Assembly (NCBI GenBank): GCA_002778465.1
Contig: PFBV01000001.1
Span: 4,150 to 68,149 of the forward strand
DNA length: 64,000 nt
Source of the DNA: Candidatus Magasanikbacteria bacterium CG10_big_fil_rev_8_21_14_0_10_36_32
GTDB taxonomy: Bacteria; Patescibacteriota; Patescibacteriia; Magasanikbacterales; GWA2-37-8
Direction: 5' to 3'
Under the pieces are notes generated by a model. That model was not told the origin of the DNA. It did no database searches and saw only the letters and a program-made list of their open reading frames with translations. The position numbers and the translations under genes were made by a program. The stretch's first letter is position 1. Every line of letters begins with the position of its first letter. This document shows positions 56,716 through 64,000 of this stretch, piece after piece.

Positions 56716-57402
56716 TCAGACAACCTTCTTCCGACGAAGCACGAGCCAGCCGCAATTCGGTTCAAAATTAATTTCAAGGGCAGTAACAGACACAGCGCGA
56801 ATATTGCCAGACGGAATTGATTTTGTATAAAAACAAGGCGCAAACCAATAACCTGTTTGATGTGGACGTGGAGCGGTAACAATTAGCATATTTTTCAACT
56901 GAGCATCAGGATTATCGGAAATATATTTCATCGCTCGACGGGAACCGTTAAGAAAACAGTAACCCATATCTAACAATTTTTTGTTAGCATCGTAACCGTT
57001 GATTATCTGATCAAAGTAATATTCAACAACTTCCCACTCCAACTCATCAGAAACAACCGATTCCAATGGAAAATTATTCTCATTAAACAAACTATAATCA
57101 ACCCAATCTTGTTTACAAGCGACAAGTAACTTGTCAAACAAATTTCCTTGCGATTTTTCTTTTTCAACTTGATATCTGCGGATATAAACAACGGTCATTA
57201 ATATCCACACCAGCAAAAGAAATATAAAAAATAAAACAGTAGAAATATTAGGTGTGGAAGTCATACAAAGAAAAACAATCGTGGCTGACACTACCGCGAT
57301 GATGCCTATTGAAAAAATAATCTTAACCAAGTTTTTTCTCCTTGTTTTGTTTTTTAACAAAATCCATTTATTTTTGTAAAGAACAAAGTAGTTGTAGTGC
57401 AT
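56716..57402 (-). CDS. hypothetical membrane protein
   Basis: Two N-terminal TM helices. No family recognised; the start is uncertain. Confidence 0.4.
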   Translation of the reverse strand: MHYNYFVLYKNKWILLKNKTRRKNLVKIIFSIGIIAVVSATIVFLCMTSTPNISTVLFFIFLLLVWILMTVVYIRRYQVEKEKSQGNLFDKLLVACKQDWVDYSLFNENNFPLESVVSDELEWEVVEYYFDQIINGYDANKKLLDMGYCFLNGSRRAMKYISDNPDAQLKNMLIVTAPRPHQTGYWFAPCFYTKSIPSGNIRAVSVTALEINFEPNCGWLVLRRKKVV

Positions 57403-57426
57403 TTTATCAGTTTTGTCAATCCCCCC

Positions 57427-57455
57427 TTGATTTTTTTACAGATATCTGTTATACT
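57427..57455 (+). promoter_or_regulatory. sigma70-like promoter TTGATT-17-TATACT
   Basis: It drives the tiny unit ending at the 57621-57646 terminator. Confidence 0.4.
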
Positions 57456-57489
57456 GTGTTTACAATCTTTAATTCTTTAATTGAACAAT

Positions 57490-57606
57490 ATGAACAGTGC
57501 TTTAAAAGCTCGCATTAAACACGCGAAAAAAAATACTGTTAAAGGCAAAATTGTCGCCAAACATACCGGCAAATTAGCCAAATACATCAAACGACAAGTT
57601 GGTTAA
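57490..57606 (+). CDS. very small basic protein (38 aa) or small RNA
   Basis: MNSALKARIKHAKKNTVKGKIVAKHTGKLAKYIKRQVG. There is no SD. It is bracketed by a promoter and a strong terminator. Confidence 0.3.
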   Translation: MNSALKARIKHAKKNTVKGKIVAKHTGKLAKYIKRQVG

Positions 57607-57620
57607 ACAACAAAAAAATA

Positions 57621-57646
57621 ACCCCGATTTGAATCGGGGTTTTTTA
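57621..57646. terminator. bidirectional terminator
   Basis: A 7-bp stem (accccga / tcggggt) with a 6-nt loop, followed by T6. It overlaps the stop of the convergent gene. Confidence 0.65.
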
Positions 57647-58264
57647 AACACATTTATGATGTTTGGCTACTGTCCGAACAGTTTTTTTCAACACCAGATT
57701 AAAGAAAATGTTTTGAGAATGAACAATGTTATATGATGGACCGTTAAATAACAATTCAAAACCATTTGCGGTGGCATACAGAAAATCGTGTTTATCTCCG
57801 CCTTGCCACACAATCAGTCCGCCCGGCTCAAGAACCCGCCAAGCTTCCTTCATAGCCATTCGCCTCATTAAACTTTTTTCCTTAGAATAAGACATGGGTG
57901 GAATGAAATTTTGCGAATTGTATATATGATTCCGCAATTGTAAAGCCACTGATTTACAATGAGCACCACCGAAATAGGAAGCGAACATTGCCCCAACTGT
58001 ATTGGAGTTTATTGGAAGATTAAATGCGTCTGCGATAAAATCAACTTGACCAAAATAAGTGACTTGAATAGCCGCTCCATCTTTTACCGGACTTTCAAAA
58101 TTAGGCGTACCCGGAAACAGATTAAATATTAACAACTGTTTATTTAGTTTTTGAAAATCAACTAATTCATAACCTTCTTTGGTCGGTCCGCCGATTTCAA
58201 CCAACGGGCCATTAACTTTATTCAGTGCTTCAGTCAAATTAAATTCTTCAAATTTTTGTTCCAC
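57644..58264 (-). CDS. putative SAM-dependent methyltransferase-like protein
   Basis: LVEIGGPT (motif I-like) and MKEAWRVLEPGGLIVWQGG (post-II-like). The assignment is tentative. Confidence 0.45.
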   Translation of the reverse strand: MEQKFEEFNLTEALNKVNGPLVEIGGPTKEGYELVDFQKLNKQLLIFNLFPGTPNFESPVKDGAAIQVTYFGQVDFIADAFNLPINSNTVGAMFASYFGGAHCKSVALQLRNHIYNSQNFIPPMSYSKEKSLMRRMAMKEAWRVLEPGGLIVWQGGDKHDFLYATANGFELLFNGPSYNIVHSQNIFFNLVLKKTVRTVAKHHKCV

Positions 58265-58412
58265 TAGACCAAACTCCTGGTTGTTTTTTGGTTTTGAAAT
58301 TGTTAAGGTACGACAATGTAAAATAGTATAACATACTTTTTATTTTTGTCACTATTATAAAAAAATCGCCTCTCGGCGATTTTTTTATATATTTTTCTTA
58401 AACTAATTATTT

Positions 58413-59228
58413 CTATTCTTTCTTCTCTTCCTCTTCCTCTTCCGCTTCTTTTTCTATTTCTTTTTTAATTTCTTCTTTTACAGCTCTTTTCACTTCCTGT
58501 TTTATTTCCGCCACTTCAATTTTCTTTTGTCCATTTTTTATTTCTTTTTTAATTTCCTCTTCTTTAATTTCTTCTTTAACGGCTTTTGTTGTTTCTTTTT
58601 TAGTCCGATAAAAATTCAAAAGTGAAAAAATAATCACGCTACCTAAAATAATTCCAAAAAAATTAAGCGCAAAAGTTAAAAGTGAACCGCGAATGATTCC
58701 TATATTCATATGCGCAAGACCGATACCAACCACAGCCAACGGAGGCAAAAGAGAAACAGCAATGGCTACACCTGGCAACATAGCTGAAAGATTTTTATTT
58801 GTCCAAGCGAAAGTCGCCGCCAATCCGGCAACAAAAGCAACTATCAAATAAGCAATATTACTGTCCAATCGCGAAGTTATTTCCGCGTTAAATTCGGTTA
58901 ATGGAAAAAAGAATGATAATAATACCGCTACCCCAAACACAATGCCGATTGAACGTAAAAATATTTTGGTTGACCTCCACAAAAGCTGTATATCACAAAT
59001 TACAATACCCAATGCAAACGTCAACAACGGCGTCAGAAGCGGAGTAATTAACATGCCGCCGATTATTACCGCCGGATTATTCAATAATAAACCCAAAGTC
59101 ACCATCATTGATGATAAAATCAACATCAGATAAAAACCGCCGGTTAGCCGACTTGACTCAATCAACTCTTCAGACACTCTAACCTGATCTTTTTTAGTAA
59201 TTTGTAAAATACTATGACTGATTTTCAT
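58413..59228 (-). CDS. DUF389-like polytopic membrane protein with repetitive Lys/Glu-rich C-terminal tail
   Basis: A 6-TM core with a GGMLITPLLTPL motif. The tail is (K/E)-rich, KEEIKEEEIKKEIK...EEEEEEKKE. Confidence 0.5.
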   Translation of the reverse strand: MKISHSILQITKKDQVRVSEELIESSRLTGGFYLMLILSSMMVTLGLLLNNPAVIIGGMLITPLLTPLLTFALGIVICDIQLLWRSTKIFLRSIGIVFGVAVLLSFFFPLTEFNAEITSRLDSNIAYLIVAFVAGLAATFAWTNKNLSAMLPGVAIAVSLLPPLAVVGIGLAHMNIGIIRGSLLTFALNFFGIILGSVIIFSLLNFYRTKKETTKAVKEEIKEEEIKKEIKNGQKKIEVAEIKQEVKRAVKEEIKKEIEKEAEEEEEEKKE

Positions 59229-59314
59229 ACGAATAAAAAATTAATAAATTTATCCAACATCTATTTTACTCTCACTTATTCCCTATAACAAGGTTTTTTA
59301 ATATCAACAATTAA

Positions 59315-60499
59315 CTAAGCCGCTTTTTTAACAGCGTTAGCAACCGCTTTAACCACCCTCCTGTCTAACGGACTGGGAATAATATAATCATATCGCAATT
59401 TATTTTTGGGAATTAAACCGGCAATCGCCACCGCTGCCGCTATTTTCATTTTATCAGTAATTTGTTTTGCCCGAATATCCAATGCGCCACGAAAAATACC
59501 AGGAAACGCCAAAACATTATTTACTTGATTTGCATAATCAGAACGACCAGTGCCAAAAATTTTAACTTTAGATTTTTTAGCTTCTGCCAAACTTATTTCT
59601 GGATTAGGATTAGCCATAGCAAAAACAATCGGACTGGAAGCCATTATATCTATCCACTCTGGTTTGAGAACATTGGCTACCGAAACACCAATAAACACAT
59701 CAGCTCCCAAAAGAGCTTCCTTTAAACCACCACTTAAACCTTTTCCGTTTGTCCTGTTAGCAATCTTTGTCTTATGGGGATACATCCCTTTTCTTTTTTT
59801 ATTAATAATCCCCTGACTGTCTAACATAATAACTTTTTTCTCATTCACCCCATATTTAACCAGCAACTTATAGACTGCCACCGCCGCCGAACCAGCGCCA
59901 TTTATTACCACTTTAATATTTTTAGTTTTTTTACCAACCAATTTTAAAGAATTAATAACTGCCGCCAACACAACAACGGCAGTGCCATGCTGATCATCGT
60001 GCATAACCGGAATGTCTAATTCTTTTTTTAATCGTTCCTCTATTTCAAAACAACGCGGTGTGGAAATATCTTCCAAATTAATTCCTCCAAAACCGACTGA
60101 CAACCATTTAACCGCTTTGATAATTTCTTCAGTATCTTGCGTATCCAAACAAATCGGATAAGCATCTATATCAGCGTATTCCTTAAACAAAATAGCTTTT
60201 CCTTCCATTACAGGCAAAGCGGCGGCCGGACCAATATTCCCCAAACCCAACACAGCTGAACCATCAGACACTACAGCCACGGAATTAGCTTTGAGTGTAT
60301 GAGTAAAAACAGCTGATTTGTTTTTAGCAATCAACCGGCTAACTTCCGCCACGCCGGGAGTATATGCCAAAGACAATGCATCTCGGCTATCAACCTTTAC
60401 TTTTGAACGGATGGATAATTTTCCTTTTAATTTTTTATGTAAAACTAACGATTGTTTAAAATAATCCATATTTTTAAAATAATAATTAAAATCTGTCAA
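59315..60499 (-). CDS. NAD(P)-dependent malic enzyme
   Basis: [17 protein letters not shown], a GxGxxG NAD site ([11 protein letters not shown]), ~394 aa. Confidence 0.85.
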   Translation of the reverse strand: MTDFNYYFKNMDYFKQSLVLHKKLKGKLSIRSKVKVDSRDALSLAYTPGVAEVSRLIAKNKSAVFTHTLKANSVAVVSDGSAVLGLGNIGPAAALPVMEGKAILFKEYADIDAYPICLDTQDTEEIIKAVKWLSVGFGGINLEDISTPRCFEIEERLKKELDIPVMHDDQHGTAVVVLAAVINSLKLVGKKTKNIKVVINGAGSAAVAVYKLLVKYGVNEKKVIMLDSQGIINKKRKGMYPHKTKIANRTNGKGLSGGLKEALLGADVFIGVSVANVLKPEWIDIMASSPIVFAMANPNPEISLAEAKKSKVKIFGTGRSDYANQVNNVLAFPGIFRGALDIRAKQITDKMKIAAAVAIAGLIPKNKLRYDYIIPSPLDRRVVKAVANAVKKAA

Positions 60500-60542
60500 T
60501 CAATATTTTACTCCTATTTAATCTCTCGGTCAAAAAAACCGC

Positions 60543-61175
60543 CTATTCGACGGTTTTTTCTTTCTTATTTATAATCATCATATCTTTGTTTTTGTCTATA
60601 GAAAATTCTATATCGGACTGTTCGCTGAGAAAATCTTTCGCAGCCGACAAAAATTTATTCCCCATCGGCAAAGGATGTGCTTTGATAACTCCCCCATCTT
60701 TAACCACTCGCAACATTTCTTTTAAAACAATTTTGATTTCTTCGGGTGTTGTTATTATATAATAAGGCACAGACCATAAAGCAAAAACCCTATCAAAAGA
60801 TTTATCTTTAAACGGCAAAGCTTGAGCTATGGCTGACAAAGAATTATCGGGGAGATTCTGCCTTGCAGAAATTCTTTCAGAAATTCTACCTATTTCTCTG
60901 GGACTGTGTCGTGACAGCAAAGACAAATCTTCTTCCAAACTCAATCCTAATCTTGGATCAACTGAAATAATTTTGCTTTTATAACCTTCCTCTTTTGCTT
61001 GTCGGGCGAATTCCTGTTTCAAACCAGAACCCAAATCCAACATTGTCATATTCGGATCATCCATTTCATCATCAGTAATATCAAAAATATCCATATATTC
61101 AGACAGTCCACGCTTAGTTAAACAAGCGTCACGAAAATCTTGCTTATTGTGATTAGATAAACATTCTGGATTCAT
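60543..61175 (-). CDS. class I SAM-dependent methyltransferase
   Basis: LDLGSG (motif I), FDRVFA and LKEMLRVVKDGGVI. Confidence 0.7.
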   Translation of the reverse strand: MNPECLSNHNKQDFRDACLTKRGLSEYMDIFDITDDEMDDPNMTMLDLGSGLKQEFARQAKEEGYKSKIISVDPRLGLSLEEDLSLLSRHSPREIGRISERISARQNLPDNSLSAIAQALPFKDKSFDRVFALWSVPYYIITTPEEIKIVLKEMLRVVKDGGVIKAHPLPMGNKFLSAAKDFLSEQSDIEFSIDKNKDMMIINKKEKTVE

Positions 61176-61233
61176 ATTTGTGAGTAATTAGACTTGACAT
61201 TATTATCTATTTTATTTACAATATTGTCAACAT

Positions 61234-61305
61234 TCCGGGGTAGCGCAGCGGTAGCGCAGTTGACTGTTAATCAATTGGTCGTGGGTTCGAATCCCACCCC
61301 CGGAG
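61234..61305 (+). tRNA. tRNA-Asn (anticodon GUU), no encoded CCA
   Basis: Manual fold: a 7-bp acceptor stem (tccgggg / ccccgga), a 4-bp D-stem (gcgc), an anticodon stem gttga / tcaat, loop ctGTTaa, T-arm gtggg-ttcgaat-cccac and discriminator G. Confidence 0.85.
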
Positions 61306-62763
61306 CATATCGTTAAAACTATGAGTTTTAGGAGCCCCAGCCATTATTTGGAAGGGCTCTTTTAGTTTATATGTAGCCAAATTTTGATTTTCAATATTTA
61401 GGTTCCAAAGTAGATTTTCTATGATTTTACGCTTCCCAAAATTATCTTTGTTTAAAAATTCTTTTTTCGCTAGATTAGGGAAAAGAAAGACCTGTTTTGT
61501 AAGTTCCAAAGTATCACAATGGTTATCCTTGTTAGTCTCAGTTTGTTTTAATTGCATTTCGGTTTCAACCTGACACCTCTTTAATCCTTCCATTTTTGCC
61601 TTATAAACGTCCTCAGGGGTTAAACCATTCAAATAGCTGTCTAAAAGACGCTCTTGCTTTATACGGGCAATTTTAAGCTGTTCCTTGAGGGTATTTATAA
61701 TTTGTTCGGCTCCGCTTTTATTACCTTCCGATTTTTCCTTCGCCGCCGAATACATTATTTCCACCAATTCTTTATCAAAAGACAGGTTTTCAAAAATCTC
61801 CATAATCATTTCGTCTATCTTTTCAGAACGCAAATATTTTTTATGTTCTTCACATTTTCCTTTGCCATTTGTGCAATAATAATAAATATGACCTTTTTTA
61901 ATTGTCCCAGTCAAAGCACAACCGCAAACGTTGCACTTCATAAAACCACGATGAGGAAAATCATGTTTTTGTTTTCTGATATTATTTTTTCCACTCAAAA
62001 CCTCTCCGGCCCGATTAAAAATTTCTTTGGTTATTAGGGGTTCATGATTAGCCGGGTAAAATTTACCGTCTCTTTCCATTATTCCGTAATAAAGACGATT
62101 GGTTAAAATTCTATGAATAACACTCTTGGTGACCTTTTTTCCAGGACGAGTTCTAAAACCTTTTTGATATATTAAATTTGTAATTTCTTTAATACTATAA
62201 CCGCCAGTAGCATATAGATTAAAAAGTTCGGTAATGTAATGACCCTTTTGTAAGTCAATAATTATTTTCTTATTTATTTTGTCATTCAAGTATCCAAGCG
62301 GGGCGGCATTTGGCCATTCTCCTTTTTCTAATTTTGTTCTAATACCTCTTTTAGTATTTACGCTTAAATCATCAACATATTTTTTAGCCATTCCAAAATC
62401 TAATGACATCATGAAATTATCATTGCTAGTGCTATAATAATTTTTTTCATAAGTTCGAACTTCACGAATCAAACCTTGTTGCATATACCATTGTAATTCT
62501 CCACTATCCTTAGAATTTCTTGATAAGCGGTCTAATTTCCAAACATAAACAATGCATTCTTTATTTTTTTCAATATATTTTAACATCTCGGCAAATACAG
62601 GCCGACCCGGGGCTTTGGCCGACATCTTTTCCACAAATATTTTATCAAAAACAATATTATCCCTTTGTGAGAGCTTTTTCATTTCGACTGTTTGGGATTC
62701 TATTGAAAGAATCTGTCTATCTTCGGTATCTGTGGATTTGCGACAATACGCGATGTATTTCAT
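61267..62763 (-). CDS. large serine recombinase (resolvase/invertase-family integrase)
   Basis: An N-terminal catalytic motif (AYCRKSTDTEDRQ, Ser10), a recombinase domain and a C-terminal zinc ribbon (CNVCGC...YYCTNGKGKCEEH). The last 13 codons are antisense to the tRNA-Asn 3' half. Confidence 0.85.
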   Translation of the reverse strand: MKYIAYCRKSTDTEDRQILSIESQTVEMKKLSQRDNIVFDKIFVEKMSAKAPGRPVFAEMLKYIEKNKECIVYVWKLDRLSRNSKDSGELQWYMQQGLIREVRTYEKNYYSTSNDNFMMSLDFGMAKKYVDDLSVNTKRGIRTKLEKGEWPNAAPLGYLNDKINKKIIIDLQKGHYITELFNLYATGGYSIKEITNLIYQKGFRTRPGKKVTKSVIHRILTNRLYYGIMERDGKFYPANHEPLITKEIFNRAGEVLSGKNNIRKQKHDFPHRGFMKCNVCGCALTGTIKKGHIYYYCTNGKGKCEEHKKYLRSEKIDEMIMEIFENLSFDKELVEIMYSAAKEKSEGNKSGAEQIINTLKEQLKIARIKQERLLDSYLNGLTPEDVYKAKMEGLKRCQVETEMQLKQTETNKDNHCDTLELTKQVFLFPNLAKKEFLNKDNFGKRKIIENLLWNLNIENQNLATYKLKEPFQIMAGAPKTHSFNDMLRGWDSNPRPID

Positions 62764-62774
62764 ATTTAAAAAAA

Positions 62775-63662
62775 TTAAAATATTGGTTCGTCTTTTTTTT
62801 CTTCGTAGTCTATATATCGATTAATGAAAGCAAGGGCTTGTTTTTTTTGTTCTGGAAATTTTCGTAAATTATAATTAGTATAGTTCATAGAATCAAAATA
62901 GTCTATTTTTATATTTTGTTTTGTATATTCTATCGACTCCTGTGGAAGTATTGTTAAAACTGGTCTAATTAATTCATCATAATTTACGACAATCGGTTTA
63001 TATAACCCTTTGCTAATAAAATATGATTTTTGTCCCCTCAATCTTTCGTTGTTAATTTCTTTAGTCATGTACTTTGTTATATAGCGACCAACATTCATAA
63101 TCCGATTTATTGCTTTAATTTTTGTAAAACCTAACCCCCAACACTTCTCAAAGATTCTTTTCATTTCCATTTTGTAAGGCAAATTAAAAAAAATACTATG
63201 ATAATGAATAGCTCCCCGTTCTTGAAATTCAACCACTGTTACATACTTAAAAAAACTTTCTTTTCGTCCGTTCACTGCTGTATTTAATCTCTGAATAAAC
63301 TTAGTAAATTCGTAATTTGCTGCTTTTATATCCAATACGTTTTCCCCAAAGGTTAAGGTAATAAATATAGGCCAAAATGCACGACCTCTTTGATCAAAAT
63401 ATGCTCTAACATTTGAGTTTGTATAATCAATGATTTGACGGCGAGCACGTCGGTATCTCATTTGGTCTAAGGTTTCTTGGTCTGTTGCAGTACCTTTCGA
63501 TTTGTCTCTAAATGTTCTTGGATGACTACCAACAAAGTATTCTCGACCATATTCGTAATATTCAAAAATATCGCCAGATATTTTTAGACGCTCTTTGGTT
63601 GAATAGTGAATATCACCGTTAAAATGTATTAGACGACTCATATCGTTGGCTTTGTTTAGCAA
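62775..63662 (-). CDS. HUH rolling-circle replication initiator (Rep) protein
   Basis: Motif I FITLTF, motif II HYHSIFF (HUH) and motif III YITKYMTK (catalytic Tyr-x3-Lys), in canonical order. Confidence 0.7.
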   Translation of the reverse strand: MLNKANDMSRLIHFNGDIHYSTKERLKISGDIFEYYEYGREYFVGSHPRTFRDKSKGTATDQETLDQMRYRRARRQIIDYTNSNVRAYFDQRGRAFWPIFITLTFGENVLDIKAANYEFTKFIQRLNTAVNGRKESFFKYVTVVEFQERGAIHYHSIFFNLPYKMEMKRIFEKCWGLGFTKIKAINRIMNVGRYITKYMTKEINNERLRGQKSYFISKGLYKPIVVNYDELIRPVLTILPQESIEYTKQNIKIDYFDSMNYTNYNLRKFPEQKKQALAFINRYIDYEEKKDEPIF

Positions 63663-63743
63663 AGTTCGTTCTGATTAAGTGTTATTGTAATCAAGTCCAA
63701 CTATTAAGATATTTATAGCCGCTGCGGCGGCGGACACCAGCCA

Positions 63744-63953
63744 TTAGGGACAGCTTGATCCCGCGCCTGGCGGCTGCGGGGTCAAGCCGGCATAGCCGGC
63801 TGTGGACGACTCTGGTGGTTGATTAAATACTAAAAATAATTCGGCAAATGAATGCAAATATTCATCGGTCTGCTCTGGCGTAAGTACTAACCCATAATAG
63901 GTTATAAAATGCTGTTGCAGGCGGGCAATAAGTTGTGGACTGAAAATAAACAT
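63744..63953 (-). CDS. hypothetical small protein (partly GC-rich low complexity)
   Basis: An ORF inside the mobile element; the start directly follows a terminator hairpin. The call is weak. Confidence 0.25.
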   Translation of the reverse strand: MFIFSPQLIARLQQHFITYYGLVLTPEQTDEYLHSFAELFLVFNQPPESSTAGYAGLTPQPPGAGSSCP

Positions 63954-63980
63954 AAAAAAAGCCCTGTGTTATTACAGGGC
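63954..63980 (-). terminator. terminator hairpin (for a minus-strand gene beyond window)
   Basis: A gccctgt / acagggc stem followed by T7 on the minus strand. Confidence 0.5.
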
Positions 63981-64000
63981 TATTGTATGCTTTAGGGTTT

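Larger units (their letters stand above)
61267..64000. mobile_element. integrative element inserted at tRNA-Asn 3' end (serine recombinase + RCR Rep); right boundary beyond window
   Basis: The recombinase overlaps the tRNA 3' half. There is an HUH Rep. A compositional break (GC-rich 63715-63830) is present. All genes read toward the tRNA. Confidence 0.55.

Noticed and set aside
56567-57191. Short ORFs 56567..56755 and 57003..57191.
   Set aside because: They overlap or lie antisense to the 56716..57402 gene and the terminator hairpin. No coding signal.
1-64000. CRISPR arrays, rRNA genes, additional tRNAs.
   Set aside because: No spaced direct-repeat arrays were seen. No rRNA-like conserved stretches. 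Only one cloverleaf (tRNA-Asn) could be folded by eye. Other tRNAs could have been missed without a search tool.

Overview
This is a 64-kb AT-rich (roughly one-third GC by eye), gene-dense bacterial chromosomal segment. It is almost entirely housekeeping. It carries the tail of a ribosomal-protein operon (rpsD-rpoA-rplQ-rplM-rpsI), six aminoacyl-tRNA synthetases (gltX, serS, lysS, metG, proS, plus ddl/alr cell-wall genes), the mreBCD-PBP2 cluster, fmt-def, clpB, greA and an Rrf2-NifS-NifU-ferredoxin Fe-S operon. Many genes have SD-less or near-leaderless starts. This is consistent with a reduced-genome bacterium such as a CPR/Patescibacteria member, but that is inference only. Accessory content stands out against this background. 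(1) An integrative element begins at tRNA-Asn(GUU), with a large serine recombinase whose 3' end overlaps the tRNA 3' half, plus an HUH rolling-circle Rep; it runs off the window end. (2) A tightly packed 5-gene + strand operon of predicted nuclease-fold and unknown proteins (DUF559/Vsr-like, small TM, unknown, Zn-ribbon-HNH, HEPN-like), flanked by a tyrosine recombinase, is a candidate uncharacterised defence or selfish module. (3) Two tandem paralogous ~65-aa Cys-rich proteins with a shared CTCPKxCxC-NPPPDN...CP.HNL...C.VHGK signature sit next to a CYTH enzyme. (4) A 45-aa metallothionein-like ORF and a 59-aa ferredoxin ORF are both absent from the supplied ORF track. (5) A GC-rich, ORF-free structured island at 25.25-25.47 kb is a candidate ncRNA of unresolved identity. 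(6) A CIRCE-like operator overlaps a consensus promoter in front of clpB. (7) PriA has a degenerate Walker A and RpoA lacks the alpha-CTD. Several small GC-rich genes (HExxH protein, 35.7-36.7 kb cassette, lipoprotein at 49.6 kb) look compositionally foreign. No CRISPR array or rRNA was seen.
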